This document shows, piece by piece, positions 37,425 to 47,141 of a stretch of 64,000 nt of DNA (positions are counted from its first letter, which is position 1; every line of letters begins with the position of its first letter). The notes below the pieces were generated by a model. It saw only the letters and a program-made list of their open reading frames with translations, was not told the DNA's origin and did no database searches. The position numbers were made by a program, and so were the translations under genes. The DNA comes from Clostridia bacterium (GTDB lineage: Bacteria > Bacillota > Clostridia > Oscillospirales > CAG-272), in assembly GCA_017501245.1 (NCBI GenBank), contig JAFVXI010000013.1, positions 410,335-474,334 on the forward strand, in the 5' to 3' direction.

Positions 37425-38107
37425 TTATTTTTTCAGAAGCTTGAGAAGCGTCGTGTCGCCGAACGCCTCCTGCCAGTCTCTCTCGAAGCCGAGAATAGAC
37501 GTGTCCGTCGTGGTGTGCGAGATGAGCATCTTCATGATGCTGGGGCTGATGGTTGCGCTCTGGCAGCCTGCGACTGCAACGTCGAGCACCTCCTTAGCCG
37601 TCTTGAAGCTCGCCGCAAGAATCTGCGTCTTGAGGTTAGACTTTGCGAAGATCTCGGCGATGTCGGCAACGGTGCCTACGCCGTCAGCGCAAAGGTTCTC
37701 CGAGCGGCTGATATAGGGGGCAACGTAGCTTGCGCCCGCACGTGCGGCGAGAAGCGCCTGCGCAGCGGTAAGCACCGCCGTGATGGTAACGCCGTAGCCA
37801 CGGTCGGAAAGATATTTGGTAACTCTGAGACCCACGTCGGTGACGGGGATCTTGGGATAGGTCGTCGAGCCAAACTCGCCGACGAGCGCCTCAGCCTCCT
37901 CTACCATCCCTCAAAGGTCTTTTCCATAAGCTGGATGTGCAGCTCCTTCTTCGGGCCGATGATGCGCCTGATCTTGCGCAGGGTCTCGAGCGGGTCGCCG
38001 CCCTCCTTAGAAAGGATGGTGGGGTTGGTGGTAACGCCCTCTATGGGGAAATACTCGTTGAAATAAGCGATATCCTCAAGGTTTGCTGTGTCTAAAATAA
38101 TTCTCAT
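37425..38107 (-). pseudogene. fructose-6-phosphate aldolase / transaldolase (FSA/TalC family) split by a 1-nt frameshift
   Basis: ORFs 37901..38107 (MRIILDTANLEDI..VTTNPTIL) and 37425..37907 (..YPKIPVTDVG.. with the Schiff-base Lys) are the colinear N- and C-terminal parts of one roughly 227-aa FSA/TalC protein. The frames switch at GAGGGATGGTAG (minus strand, 37899-37913). Confidence 0.75.
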
Positions 38108-38391
38108 TTCGTTCAGTATCTTTTTTCTTGGTCAAGGCTGCCCTTGCAGCCTGCGGTGTGCAGCTATCACGGGATAGCCGGGGATGGTTTTGATGGTTTG
38201 CTTGCGGTCGGTGCCGCTTTTGCTTCGAGCTAACGCCGATCCTGACGTCTGGCGTAATGCCGCTTTTTCCTTTGAGGCTTGCCTCGATTGCGGCTCTTAG
38301 CTCTGCGGCCGATCTCCGCCCTCGGGGGCGCTTTTATAGCTTGCGGCAAAAAACCGACGGCAGGCGCCCGGGGAGAGGGAAGGGAATATTA

Positions 38392-39027
38392 TCAGCCCTC
38401 GTATCTTGCGTCGAGCTGGTAGGTGTAGTGCTTGTCGTACGCCTTTTCAGCCTCGTCAAACTTGCGGTAGGTGTTGATGACCGAGCCGTCGCGATACTTT
38501 CTGTCCTCTGCGAGGTCCTCGGTGGTTCCCATAACGGTGACGTTAAGCTGTCTGCGGCGTGCGCGGACGTGGTCCCAGTCGATGAAGTAGATGTGTGCGA
38601 ACTCGCCTCCGTCAAGAACGCCGTCCTTGATGGTCATGGTCTCGCTCCTGCCGAAGAATACCGAGCGAAGGTGGCCGTCGGTGTTCATGGAGGTGTAGTT
38701 GCCGGGCTCGTTTACGTATCTGCCGAACTGAGCGTGCAGAGGACCGGGATGACGGTAGTCGCCCTCGTTGGTGTAGTCGGGGATGAGCTTGCGCATGATG
38801 TCAAGCAGGTCGTGCTGGAGGTACTCGAGATCGAAGGTGTCGATATCGTGGGAGCATTCCTGGATCATGACCGAGCAGGTGGTGTGGTGAGATGCGATGC
38901 AAACGGTGCCGTTCTTGATGCCCGAAGCCTCAACGATCTCAACTACCTCACGGGATACGTCGTGGAAGGTGGGGATCCAACCTCTGGACTGAAGCTCAAG
39001 CTCCTTCTGATAAACCTTAAATTCCAT
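38392..39027 (-). CDS. YjbQ/UPF0047-family protein (secondary thiamine-phosphate synthase-like) with a C-terminal extension
   Basis: ASHHTTCSVMIQE and NTDGHLRSVFFGRSETMTIKDGVLDGGEFAHIYFIDWD match the YjbQ-family core. AAAGGAG SD. Confidence 0.7.
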   Translation of the reverse strand: MEFKVYQKELELQSRGWIPTFHDVSREVVEIVEASGIKNGTVCIASHHTTCSVMIQECSHDIDTFDLEYLQHDLLDIMRKLIPDYTNEGDYRHPGPLHAQFGRYVNEPGNYTSMNTDGHLRSVFFGRSETMTIKDGVLDGGEFAHIYFIDWDHVRARRRQLNVTVMGTTEDLAEDRKYRDGSVINTYRKFDEAEKAYDKHYTYQLDARYEG

Positions 39028-39169
39028 TGAAAAATTCTCCTTTTCGATTTATATTTATAAATAATTATTTACATTCTGTTAGAATTACGCCCTCGTTCGG
39101 GCGCCGTCTCGTCCCGTCGTCAGGCGCAGACTTGTGCGTGGCTCGGAGCTTATAGCCCCGAGGGGCGCC

Positions 39170-39766
39170 TCACTTATTGTTGAGCCTCTTGCCGACGGCT
39201 CCGCCCGGATGGATGAGGGCGAAGTCCATCTTCTGATAGCCGGTGTATTCTACGAGGGCGGTCTGGAGAGCGTCGAAGATAGCGCTCGTGACGGCAAAGC
39301 TCGTCGTGCCCTGGCAGTTATACTTGTCGCATTCCTTGGTCACCTTCATGGCAAGCACGATGTCCGCCTCGGTCGCAAGGGGGGAGGCGAGGTTTTCGGT
39401 GACGCCGATGATGGTGACGCCCTTGGTCTTGCAGACGTCGATGATGGTCATAAGCTCGTCGGTCTTTCCGCCTCTTGAAGCCAGGAGCATAACGTCGCCG
39501 CGCTTCATGCAGCCAAGTCCGCCGTGGACGGCCTCAGCGGGGGAGAGAAATCTCGCAGGGCGCTCGACGCAGCACATAAGATGCGCAAAATGCCTGCATG
39601 CGATGCCCGAGTGGCCGCAGCCTGACGCCGCTATCCTCTCAGCCTTTGCAAGCGCCTCGACGGCGCGTGCCATCTCGCCTCTGTCAAGCACCTTAGCCGT
39701 CTCGGCAAGAGACTCAGCCTCGATGCGAAAGGCGTCATATGCCTGATCAAGTGCCGAATTCATCAT
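39170..39766 (-). CDS. SIS-domain sugar-phosphate isomerase, KpsF/GutQ-like core without CBS domains
   Basis: ASGCGHSGIACRHFAHL, SPAEAVHGGLG and LLASRGGKTDEL resemble the SIS domain of arabinose-5-phosphate isomerases. 198 aa. The ATG overlaps the stop of the TIM-like gene (ATGA). Confidence 0.75.
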   Translation of the reverse strand: MMNSALDQAYDAFRIEAESLAETAKVLDRGEMARAVEALAKAERIAASGCGHSGIACRHFAHLMCCVERPARFLSPAEAVHGGLGCMKRGDVMLLASRGGKTDELMTIIDVCKTKGVTIIGVTENLASPLATEADIVLAMKVTKECDKYNCQGTTSFAVTSAIFDALQTALVEYTGYQKMDFALIHPGGAVGKRLNNK

Positions 39767-40467
39767 TTGCCGTGCACCTCGTCCCAGGTCTTACGGAGCG
39801 CCCAGAGCATCTCCTCTGCGGCAGCCTCGGGGTCAGCAGCCTTCATAATTCCGCTGGTGCAGCCGGTAGCCTGTGCGCCCGCGCGGATAACGTTAGCAAC
39901 GTCGTCGGGACCCGAAATGCCCGCACCCTGGAGAACCATGATGTCGGGGTTTATAGCCCTTACCGACTCGATGGTGTCGACAACGTATTTCATATCGCTC
40001 GCAACGCCCGTGCCGATAAGCTCGGTAGGCTCGGCAACGATAAGGTTCGGGCCCATCTTTGCGATAGCCGCAACCTCCTCGACGCTGTCTGCGCAAACGA
40101 TGGTAGCGAGGCCAACCTCGTCAGCTCTTGCGATGGTCGCGCGGATCTCGTCCATGGTCAGCTTCTTCTCAGCGTGGTTGAGCATTACGCCGACGGCGCC
40201 CGCCTCCTTAACAGACTCGGGAAGCACCGAGCCGAGGCCTCTCCCGGGGTAAAGAGAGTCCATATGCTGAGCGTAGATATGGAGGTTGGAGGTGTTTTCT
40301 GCGAGGAGCCTGATGTCCGCATACTGGGGGGTAACGATGATGTCGAGGTCGTATTTCTCGGCGATCTTGTCAACCACCTTGGCGAGCTTGAGCATTCTCT
40401 CGCCCCACATAATGCACTTAGGTCCGATCTCGAAGAACGGCGCACGGATCTTATAAGGTGAATACAT
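39763..40467 (-). CDS. triosephosphate isomerase-family protein (short, archaeal-type)
   Basis: 234 aa. LNHAEKKL (catalytic His region) and VAEPTELIGTG (catalytic Glu region) as in short TIMs. AAAGGAG SD. Confidence 0.7.
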   Translation of the reverse strand: MYSPYKIRAPFFEIGPKCIMWGERMLKLAKVVDKIAEKYDLDIIVTPQYADIRLLAENTSNLHIYAQHMDSLYPGRGLGSVLPESVKEAGAVGVMLNHAEKKLTMDEIRATIARADEVGLATIVCADSVEEVAAIAKMGPNLIVAEPTELIGTGVASDMKYVVDTIESVRAINPDIMVLQGAGISGPDDVANVIRAGAQATGCTSGIMKAADPEAAAEEMLWALRKTWDEVHGK

Positions 40468-40517
40468 TGTCTTTTCTCCTTTTATATTGCTTTAATAATA
40501 ATCATTTCCGGATGCTC

Positions 40518-41939
40518 TTATCTTTTGTTAAGAGCGTTGTCGAGCCTAACGTATCTCTCAAAGGCATCGGTGTAGTCGGCGCCCGAGGGCTCGTAGGTGT
40601 CCTTGGTCTTGACGCAGACCGCAGCCGCCTCCTCTATCGAGGGGTAAGCACCGTCGCCGACCATAGCGAGGATCGCCGTGCCGAGGCATGCCGTCTCCGC
40701 CTCGAGGACGGTGTCGAGCTTCATTCCCGTAACGTCAGCCTTGATGCCTGCCCAAAGGGGGCTGGAGGCGCCGCCGCCCGTAATGCGTATCTTCGCATCC
40801 GAGGGAACGGAGGCATAGTCAAGGTCGAGCTTGAGCATGAAGGCGACGGCCTCCATTATCGCTCTTGCAAAGTGAGCCTTGGTGTGCGAGAGGGTGATGC
40901 CCGAGAAGGTTGCGGTCGCCTCGGGGTTGTAGTTCGGGATCGTGGAGCCGCAGAAGTAGGGCAGCATGCTGACGCCCTCCGAGCCTGCGGGGATCTTAGC
41001 CGCCAGCTCGTCTATCTCGCGGAAGGATAATTCCGAGGCAAACTGCTCACGGAACCACTTGAGCGCCATGCCCGCCGTCGCCGACCAGAGTATCATACAG
41101 AACTTGCCGGGTATAGCGTGCAGATGGCAGGGAACTATGCTCGTGGGGTCAAACTCGGGCGCCTCGCTCTTCATGACGCAGATCGCCATGATCGTGCCCG
41201 TCATCTCGGAGATGAGCGTCTCGTCGGTAACTCCGACGCCTATCGTGCCTGCGATCTGATCGAGCGTGCCGGCGATCACCTTGATGCCCTTGTATTCGCC
41301 GACGCACTCTGCGCTCCTTGCCACCTCGGGCAGGGCCGCTCTGTCGACGCCGATGAAGTCGAGCATCTCATCCCACCAGCACATATTATGTATATCGTAG
41401 TATATGGTAGAGGACTGTATCGTCGGCTCGGTGACGAACCTGCCCGTCAGTCGATAAAGCACCCAGTCCTCGAGCATGAAGATCTTCTTCGTCCTTGCGA
41501 ATGCCTCGGGGCGGTTGTTCTTCACCCACAGCAGCTTCGACGCAGGCCAGCCTGCGGTGATCTCGGGCTGACCCGTGACCTCGTAGACACGCCTCGTGCC
41601 AAACCTCTCGGTTATCGCCTCTGCCTCAGCCGTCGCGCGGTTGTCGAGCCAGACGATGGCGGGCATCGTGGGTCTGCCCTCCTCATCGGCGAGGATCAGG
41701 GTCTCGCCCTGGGTGTCTATCGAGAGGGCAGCGATCTCGCCGCACTCGAGCGAAAGCTCGTCTATAACGCTCTTGCACATAGTCACGTAGCTCTCGGGGT
41801 CAAACTCTATGTAGCCAGCCTCAGCGTCGGTGTCAAGCGTGTAGTCGACGCGGCGCAGGCCGAGCCTTTTTCCCGCCTCGTCAAACACCGCCGCCTTGAG
41901 CGACGTAGTTCCGATATCAAGTCCAAGATAGCGTTTCAT
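40518..41939 (-). CDS. FGGY-family carbohydrate kinase (xylulokinase-like)
   Basis: Start moved to ATG 41939 (MKRYLGLDIGTTSLKA, AAAGAGGA SD). Two actin-fold domains typical of FGGY kinases. 473 aa. Confidence 0.85.
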   Translation of the reverse strand: MKRYLGLDIGTTSLKAAVFDEAGKRLGLRRVDYTLDTDAEAGYIEFDPESYVTMCKSVIDELSLECGEIAALSIDTQGETLILADEEGRPTMPAIVWLDNRATAEAEAITERFGTRRVYEVTGQPEITAGWPASKLLWVKNNRPEAFARTKKIFMLEDWVLYRLTGRFVTEPTIQSSTIYYDIHNMCWWDEMLDFIGVDRAALPEVARSAECVGEYKGIKVIAGTLDQIAGTIGVGVTDETLISEMTGTIMAICVMKSEAPEFDPTSIVPCHLHAIPGKFCMILWSATAGMALKWFREQFASELSFREIDELAAKIPAGSEGVSMLPYFCGSTIPNYNPEATATFSGITLSHTKAHFARAIMEAVAFMLKLDLDYASVPSDAKIRITGGGASSPLWAGIKADVTGMKLDTVLEAETACLGTAILAMVGDGAYPSIEEAAAVCVKTKDTYEPSGADYTDAFERYVRLDNALNKR

Positions 41940-42004
41940 CGATGTCCTCTTTCTTTTTGTTTGTGAATTACTTGCGATTTGCTTATCATTTTTCGCCATT
42001 AAAT

Positions 42005-42034
42005 ATTTTAACACACTCGCCTGCGCTTGTCAAT
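42005..42034 (-). promoter_or_regulatory. candidate sigma-A promoter of the kinase operon
   Basis: Minus strand: TTGACA (42029-42034), about 18-nt spacer, TGtTAAAAT extended -10 (42005-42013). Confidence 0.5.
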
Positions 42035-42070
42035 AATCTGACAAAAGATTTATATATAATTAGGAGTTTG

Positions 42071-42131
42071 GGATGGAAAAGTGGAAAGTTGAAGATTGAA
42101 AGTTGAAAGTGGATGGATGAAAATGGAAAGC
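42071..42131 (+). repeat. degenerate heptad tract (GTGGAAA/GTTGAAA type)
   Basis: GGATGGAAAA GTGGAAA GTTGAAG ATTGAAA GTTGAAA GTGGATG GATGAAA ATGGAAA. Same heptad family as 3118-3187, located between two divergent promoters. Confidence 0.7.
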
Positions 42132-42173
42132 GTGGCGTGCCCCGGCGCCTATTAGAGCATTCGGCGCATTTTC

Positions 42174-42202
42174 TGTTGCAATTTTGCTCCCACGGTGCTA
42201 TA
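42174..42202 (+). promoter_or_regulatory. candidate sigma-A promoter of the LRR lipoprotein gene
   Basis: TTGCAA 42174-42179, 17-nt spacer, TGcTATAAT (42194-42202). Confidence 0.6.
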
Positions 42203-42287
42203 ATGCGGGTGTACCGAGTGGTAGTGCGTGATGCCGCACGCCCGACTGCGGATTATTAAAAACACTGATGCAAAGGAAGACAGACTA

Positions 42288-45200
42288 ATGAAAAAGCTGC
42301 TTATTGCGCTGTTGCTTATTGCCGCTATGCTCTTCAGCATGGCGTCCTGCGACGTTCTTAGCGACATCGTCGGTTTCCCGATCCTCCCCGACTCGGATCC
42401 GGATGACGCTCCCGACGACGACCCCGGCGAGGAGCCTGGCGACAAGCCGGGCGACGACAAGCCTGGCGATGACAAGCCTGGTGATGACGAGCCGGTCGAG
42501 CCCGAGCACGAGCATACCCCCGTCATCGACCCTGCGGTCGCCCCCACCCTCACCACTGACGGCAAGACACAGGGCTCGCACTGCGGTGTCTGCGGCGAGA
42601 TCCTCGTCAAGCAGGAGGTCATCCCCGCCGAGCTTCAGGGCACAGAGATAATCTCGGGCTCGCTCACCCTTGAGGGTAAAAGGCTCACGGGAGCTGTGAG
42701 AAATGCACAGAGGGCGTTCTCCTTTGCGGGCGATATTTTATGCTCGGATAACGCCGAGCTGATCCTCTCTCTCGACCCCGAGGGCAAGGAACTGCTCGAC
42801 CCCGAGGAGGTTGAGCTTTCCGAGGGTGACAACATCTTCTACGTCACCGTCCGGGGCGGCGAGGAGGTAACGGTCTACACCGTAGTTATCTACCGTGCGC
42901 CTATGTACGAGGTGCGCTTCCTTTTCCCTGACGGCAGCGTCCTCACTACCGAGGAGGTTGAGGAGGGCTACACCGCTCATATGCCCGACGCCTTAAAGCA
43001 GGGCTACGTTCTTTCCACCGATTTTGATTTTTCCACCACGATAACCGCCGACACCAATGTCAGCGTTGAGTGGCTCCCGACCGAGGGGACGGCTTACACC
43101 GTCGTTTATTATCTCGAGGCGCTCACGGCGGGCGATTACGTCGAGGATAGGACGCTTGTCCTCACGGGCGTTACCGACTCTGCCGTAACCGCCGAGCATC
43201 CCGCCGTAGAGCATTATATCCTCAACGAGGATAAGAGCTGCCTCTCCGGCACTATTGTCGCAGACGGCACGCTCCTCCTCTCGGTCTACTACGACCGTGC
43301 GACCTACACCTTGAGCAAGGAGGGCCCCATCGGAGCTATATCCTCCGAGGGCAGCTTCAGATACGGAACCGAGATCACCTCCGAGGCGGCAAAGCCCACC
43401 CTCGGCTACGAGTTCCTCGGCTGGTTTGCGGGCGGCGAATGCCTATCCTCCTTACTTGAATACAGCTTCACGATCGAGTGCGACGTCGTTGCCGTTTATT
43501 CGATGCACGAGAGCATGAGAGGCTTTATCTTCACCTCCACCGAGGACACCTGCGTTATCACCGGCGTCCTTGATAAGACTATCACCGAGGCGGTCATCCC
43601 GGATTTCGTAACCGAGGTCGCACCTCTTGCCTTCTCGGGCTGCTCCTCTCTCACCGACCTCTCCGTCCTCGGCGAGGAAACCGTGCTTGCTCCCGACGCC
43701 TTTACAGGTTGTTCAATCCTGCGTGCCACCGCTCCCGCACCCGTTATCTCCTCGCTCCCCAAGGCTAATCTCGCTGAGCTTACCGTAAGCGGCGGTGGAG
43801 CTATCCCCGCATCGGCGATGGAGGGCGCAAAAAGGCTCGCTATCCTTAATATAGGCAAGGGAGTCACCGAGGTCGGCGCTTCTGCTTTTCTAGGGCTTCG
43901 CAATCTCGTCAGCGTAACCGTCGGAGAGGACGTTGAGCTTATCGCTGATGGAGCCTTCCTCGGCGATATCAAGCTTCGCGAGGTCGTAAACCGCTCCTCG
44001 CTTGAGATCTCGGCTGATCTGACTAACGGCGGCGTCGGCAACTACGCCTGGGCGATCACGGACGGCGAGAGCCTCGTCGAGAGGCGCGGCGACTATCTCT
44101 TCCTCGTTTACGAGAGGCAGCAGGGCGTGAGCGTCATATCCGATCGCTATCTGCTCGCTTACGTTGGCGGTGGCAGCGAGCTTATCCTCCCCGAGTCGCC
44201 TAACGATTTTCAGTATATCATCCACGACTACGCATTTGCGGATCTCGTTGGCGTCAGGTCGGTATACATCCCCGCAAGCGTCGAGGACGTTGTATTTTCT
44301 TCCTCGATCTTCTCGGGCTGCTCCTCTCTTGCGAGCCTGACGATGCCTATGCACAGAGGCAGTATGCCCGCAAGCTCCTCTGTCTACGAGAGCATAGCAA
44401 CGCTCTTCGGTACGGAAAAATACGAAAACACTACCTCTACCTCGCAGGCGGTCGGCAGCGGCGGCTACTCGCAGATATTCTATATTCCGTCGGGTCTTAA
44501 GGAGCTGACCCTCCTCGGTAGTGAGTACGAGCAGTGCTACATCGCAAGCGGCTATCTCGGAGCCATCCCGGTTATCGAAAACGTAACTATCAGATCTGCA
44601 TCCCCCGAGGGCCCGATGATCAGCATCGCAACCGGCGCCTTTTCGGGCGCTGAGGCTCTTAAGAGCGTCGTGATCGACGGCTGGGCGGTGATATATACTA
44701 ACGCCTTCAAGGGCTGTCCCGTGCTTGAGAGCATCTCGGGCAAGAATTCCTCCGTCACCGTAGGTGAGCTTGCGTTTGAGGGTTGCTCGGCGCTCGTCGA
44801 GGTCGAGCTTGCTTACGTAGACAGGGTAGGCTCTAAGGCGTTCAGCGGCTGCTCGGCGCTTACAAAGATCGTTATAGGCAGGGCTCTTAAGATAGACGCA
44901 TCCGCCTTTGAAGGCTGCGCTGCGCTTACCACCGCCGATCTCGGCTACGTGGAAGCCATCGGTGACAATGCGTTTCGATTCTGCTCCTCACTCACTGACT
45001 TCAAGCTGCCCGACGGGCTTAAGAGCATCGGCGCCTACGCCTTCGCGGGCTGCAGCTCGCTTAAGGATCTGTCCTTCGCTCATCTTAAGCATGACGTAGC
45101 GATAGGCACGTACAGCTTCTCGGGCTGCTCCTCGCTTGAGTGTATAGATTTCGGCGAGTATATCACCTCCGTAGAGTCTTATGCATTCAGATACTGCACG

Positions 45201-46787
45201 GCGCTTAAATCCGTCACCATCCCCGAAAATCTCGTCGAGATAAAGTCCTACGCATTTGAGTATTGCAGCTCCATCGCAGAGATCCTCTTGGAGGGCGGCG
45301 GCCACAAATTCGGCACAACCGTCTTCAAGGAGTGTAACTCCATCGAGAGGGTATACGCCCCCGACCTTAAGAGCTGGCTCAGTAATACCTTCCTCGACGG
45401 CATAATGAACGGTGCGGCGCTCTATCTTGGCGGCGAGATGCTCACCGAGCTCGTTATTCCGAAGGATATAACCAAGATCACCAACAATGCGTTCGAGGGC
45501 TGCGGCAGCCTCACCAAGGTCACTTTGCCCGCCCACGTCACATGGTTCGGATCGTTCATCTTCTACGGCTGCGAAAATCTTAAGGAGGCTATCATCGAGG
45601 ACGGAGTTGTCGAAATCCCCGAAGGCACCTTCTTATCCACATCGATCGACGGCATAGTTATTCCCACGTCCGTAAAGACGATAGGCGCATTCTCGTTAGG
45701 CTCCTGTCCCTTGCTCACCGACGTAGTAATTCCGAGCAGCGTAACGAAGATAGGGCAGTTTGCCTTCTCCTCCACCCCCATCACCTCGATAACCATCCCG
45801 GGCGGCGTCAGCGAGATCGAGAAATGTGCCTTCCAGAAATGCACGTCGCTTAAGACCGTCGTTATAGAGGAGGGCGTAAAGATAATCGACCAGTCCGCCT
45901 TCTCGCAGTGCACGGCGCTCGAGAGCATCAGCATCCCCGCATCTATGACGAGGATAGATTACCAGGCCTTCAGCTATTGCGAGGGCATCAACGTATATGC
46001 GGTGTCGCTTGCAGACTGGCTTGAGATGTTTGCAGGATTGGTCGGCGGACCCGACGCAAATCCTCTAATAGGTGGAGGCAAGCTCTATTTTGACGGGGTG
46101 CTCGCCGAGAGGATAGAGATCGGCGGCGTCAGCAAGGTGGGCTCTTATGCCTTTGACGGCTGTGCGTCCTTAAAGGAGGTCGTGATAGCCGAGGGCGTAA
46201 CGATGCTTCAGGCATCGGCGTTCAGAAACTGCACCAATCTCGCTTCGGTCAGTCTTCCCGACGGCCTGACCGATATAGGAAGCACGGTGTTCTCCGGCTG
46301 CGTATCTCTTAAGGAGATCGTCATCCCCGAGGGCGTTAACGTCGGAGGCGGTGTGTTTACGGGCTGCACAGGCCTTGAGCGTGCTATCCTCGGCTCGGGG
46401 CTCGGCTCCTCGACTCTCGCAGGCTGCGTATCTCTTAAGGAGGTTGTCTTTGGAGAGGGAATGAGCGAGCTTTCGCTTGCGGCTCTCAGTGGCTGTACGA
46501 GCCTTGAGAGCATAGTCCTCCCGGCAAGCGTAACGAAGATGGTCATGCTGCCCACCTCGCCTCAGAAGCCCTATATAGCACTCGTCAGCTTCTACAAGGA
46601 TCTCTCCGCCAAGGTCTACTACTGCGGCGAGGATAGAGAGGCTTACGCCGCTATAACGAACTCCTCCATTTTCGAGGCGGCGTCCGACGTCTACGTTTAC
46701 AGCTCCGAGGCTCCCACAGAGCCCGGACGCTTCTGGCGCTACGGCAACGGCGGCGAGATAGTAGAATGGCCTGAATATGCCGAATAA
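42288..46787 (+). CDS. large surface lipoprotein with BspA-type leucine-rich repeats
   Basis: Start moved to ATG 42288 ([21 protein letters not shown], a lipobox-like signal). Acidic PGD-rich linker, Listeria-Bacteroides-type repeat segments (VRFLFPDGS.., YTVVYYLE..), then more than 20 repeats of the AF.GC.SL..V.IP type. Confidence 0.85.
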   Translation: MKKLLIALLLIAAMLFSMASCDVLSDIVGFPILPDSDPDDAPDDDPGEEPGDKPGDDKPGDDKPGDDEPVEPEHEHTPVIDPAVAPTLTTDGKTQGSHCGVCGEILVKQEVIPAELQGTEIISGSLTLEGKRLTGAVRNAQRAFSFAGDILCSDNAELILSLDPEGKELLDPEEVELSEGDNIFYVTVRGGEEVTVYTVVIYRAPMYEVRFLFPDGSVLTTEEVEEGYTAHMPDALKQGYVLSTDFDFSTTITADTNVSVEWLPTEGTAYTVVYYLEALTAGDYVEDRTLVLTGVTDSAVTAEHPAVEHYILNEDKSCLSGTIVADGTLLLSVYYDRATYTLSKEGPIGAISSEGSFRYGTEITSEAAKPTLGYEFLGWFAGGECLSSLLEYSFTIECDVVAVYSMHESMRGFIFTSTEDTCVITGVLDKTITEAVIPDFVTEVAPLAFSGCSSLTDLSVLGEETVLAPDAFTGCSILRATAPAPVISSLPKANLAELTVSGGGAIPASAMEGAKRLAILNIGKGVTEVGASAFLGLRNLVSVTVGEDVELIADGAFLGDIKLREVVNRSSLEISADLTNGGVGNYAWAITDGESLVERRGDYLFLVYERQQGVSVISDRYLLAYVGGGSELILPESPNDFQYIIHDYAFADLVGVRSVYIPASVEDVVFSSSIFSGCSSLASLTMPMHRGSMPASSSVYESIATLFGTEKYENTTSTSQAVGSGGYSQIFYIPSGLKELTLLGSEYEQCYIASGYLGAIPVIENVTIRSASPEGPMISIATGAFSGAEALKSVVIDGWAVIYTNAFKGCPVLESISGKNSSVTVGELAFEGCSALVEVELAYVDRVGSKAFSGCSALTKIVIGRALKIDASAFEGCAALTTADLGYVEAIGDNAFRFCSSLTDFKLPDGLKSIGAYAFAGCSSLKDLSFAHLKHDVAIGTYSFSGCSSLECIDFGEYITSVESYAFRYCTALKSVTIPENLVEIKSYAFEYCSSIAEILLEGGGHKFGTTVFKECNSIERVYAPDLKSWLSNTFLDGIMNGAALYLGGEMLTELVIPKDITKITNNAFEGCGSLTKVTLPAHVTWFGSFIFYGCENLKEAIIEDGVVEIPEGTFLSTSIDGIVIPTSVKTIGAFSLGSCPLLTDVVIPSSVTKIGQFAFSSTPITSITIPGGVSEIEKCAFQKCTSLKTVVIEEGVKIIDQSAFSQCTALESISIPASMTRIDYQAFSYCEGINVYAVSLADWLEMFAGLVGGPDANPLIGGGKLYFDGVLAERIEIGGVSKVGSYAFDGCASLKEVVIAEGVTMLQASAFRNCTNLASVSLPDGLTDIGSTVFSGCVSLKEIVIPEGVNVGGGVFTGCTGLERAILGSGLGSSTLAGCVSLKEVVFGEGMSELSLAALSGCTSLESIVLPASVTKMVMLPTSPQKPYIALVSFYKDLSAKVYYCGEDREAYAAITNSSIFEAASDVYVYSSEAPTEPGRFWRYGNGGEIVEWPEYAE

Positions 46788-46821
46788 TGTAAATAAACAT
46801 TGTCATAAATAGCAAAAAAAG

Positions 46822-46863
46822 AGAGCAGACAGGAGTCTTACCTGTCTGCTCTTATCATTTTTT
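46822..46863 (+). terminator. intrinsic terminator of the LRR gene
   Basis: 12-bp perfect stem AGAGCAGACAGG (46822-46833) / CCTGTCTGCTCT (46841-46852), with a T-run at 46858-46863. Confidence 0.8.
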
Positions 46864-47141
46864 GGAGCGAAAGCTTCTGCTTTTAGGAGCTGCTTTGCAC
46901 CTCGATTTTGATGCGTTTTGAACCTCGATTTTGATGCCTTTTACGGCTGCTTTTTGATGCGCTTTATGCCTGATTTCGGCGCCGCTTCCGCTCGCTTTTT
47001 CAAGCGTTTTGCGCTTGGCTTTTCGGTGTCGCTTTGCTTACTTTTTGAGCGTAAAGGAAATGGAGCTTTACGTCGCCTTTTGCGCCCGGCCTTCGTCGCC
47101 TTTTGCGTCCGCCTTTAGCTTCGCTTTCCGTCAGCCTATCC

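Noticed and set aside
36120-38066. 648-aa plus-strand ORF
   Set aside because: Antisense to the E2 and FSA/transaldolase genes, with the same compositional artefact and no motifs.
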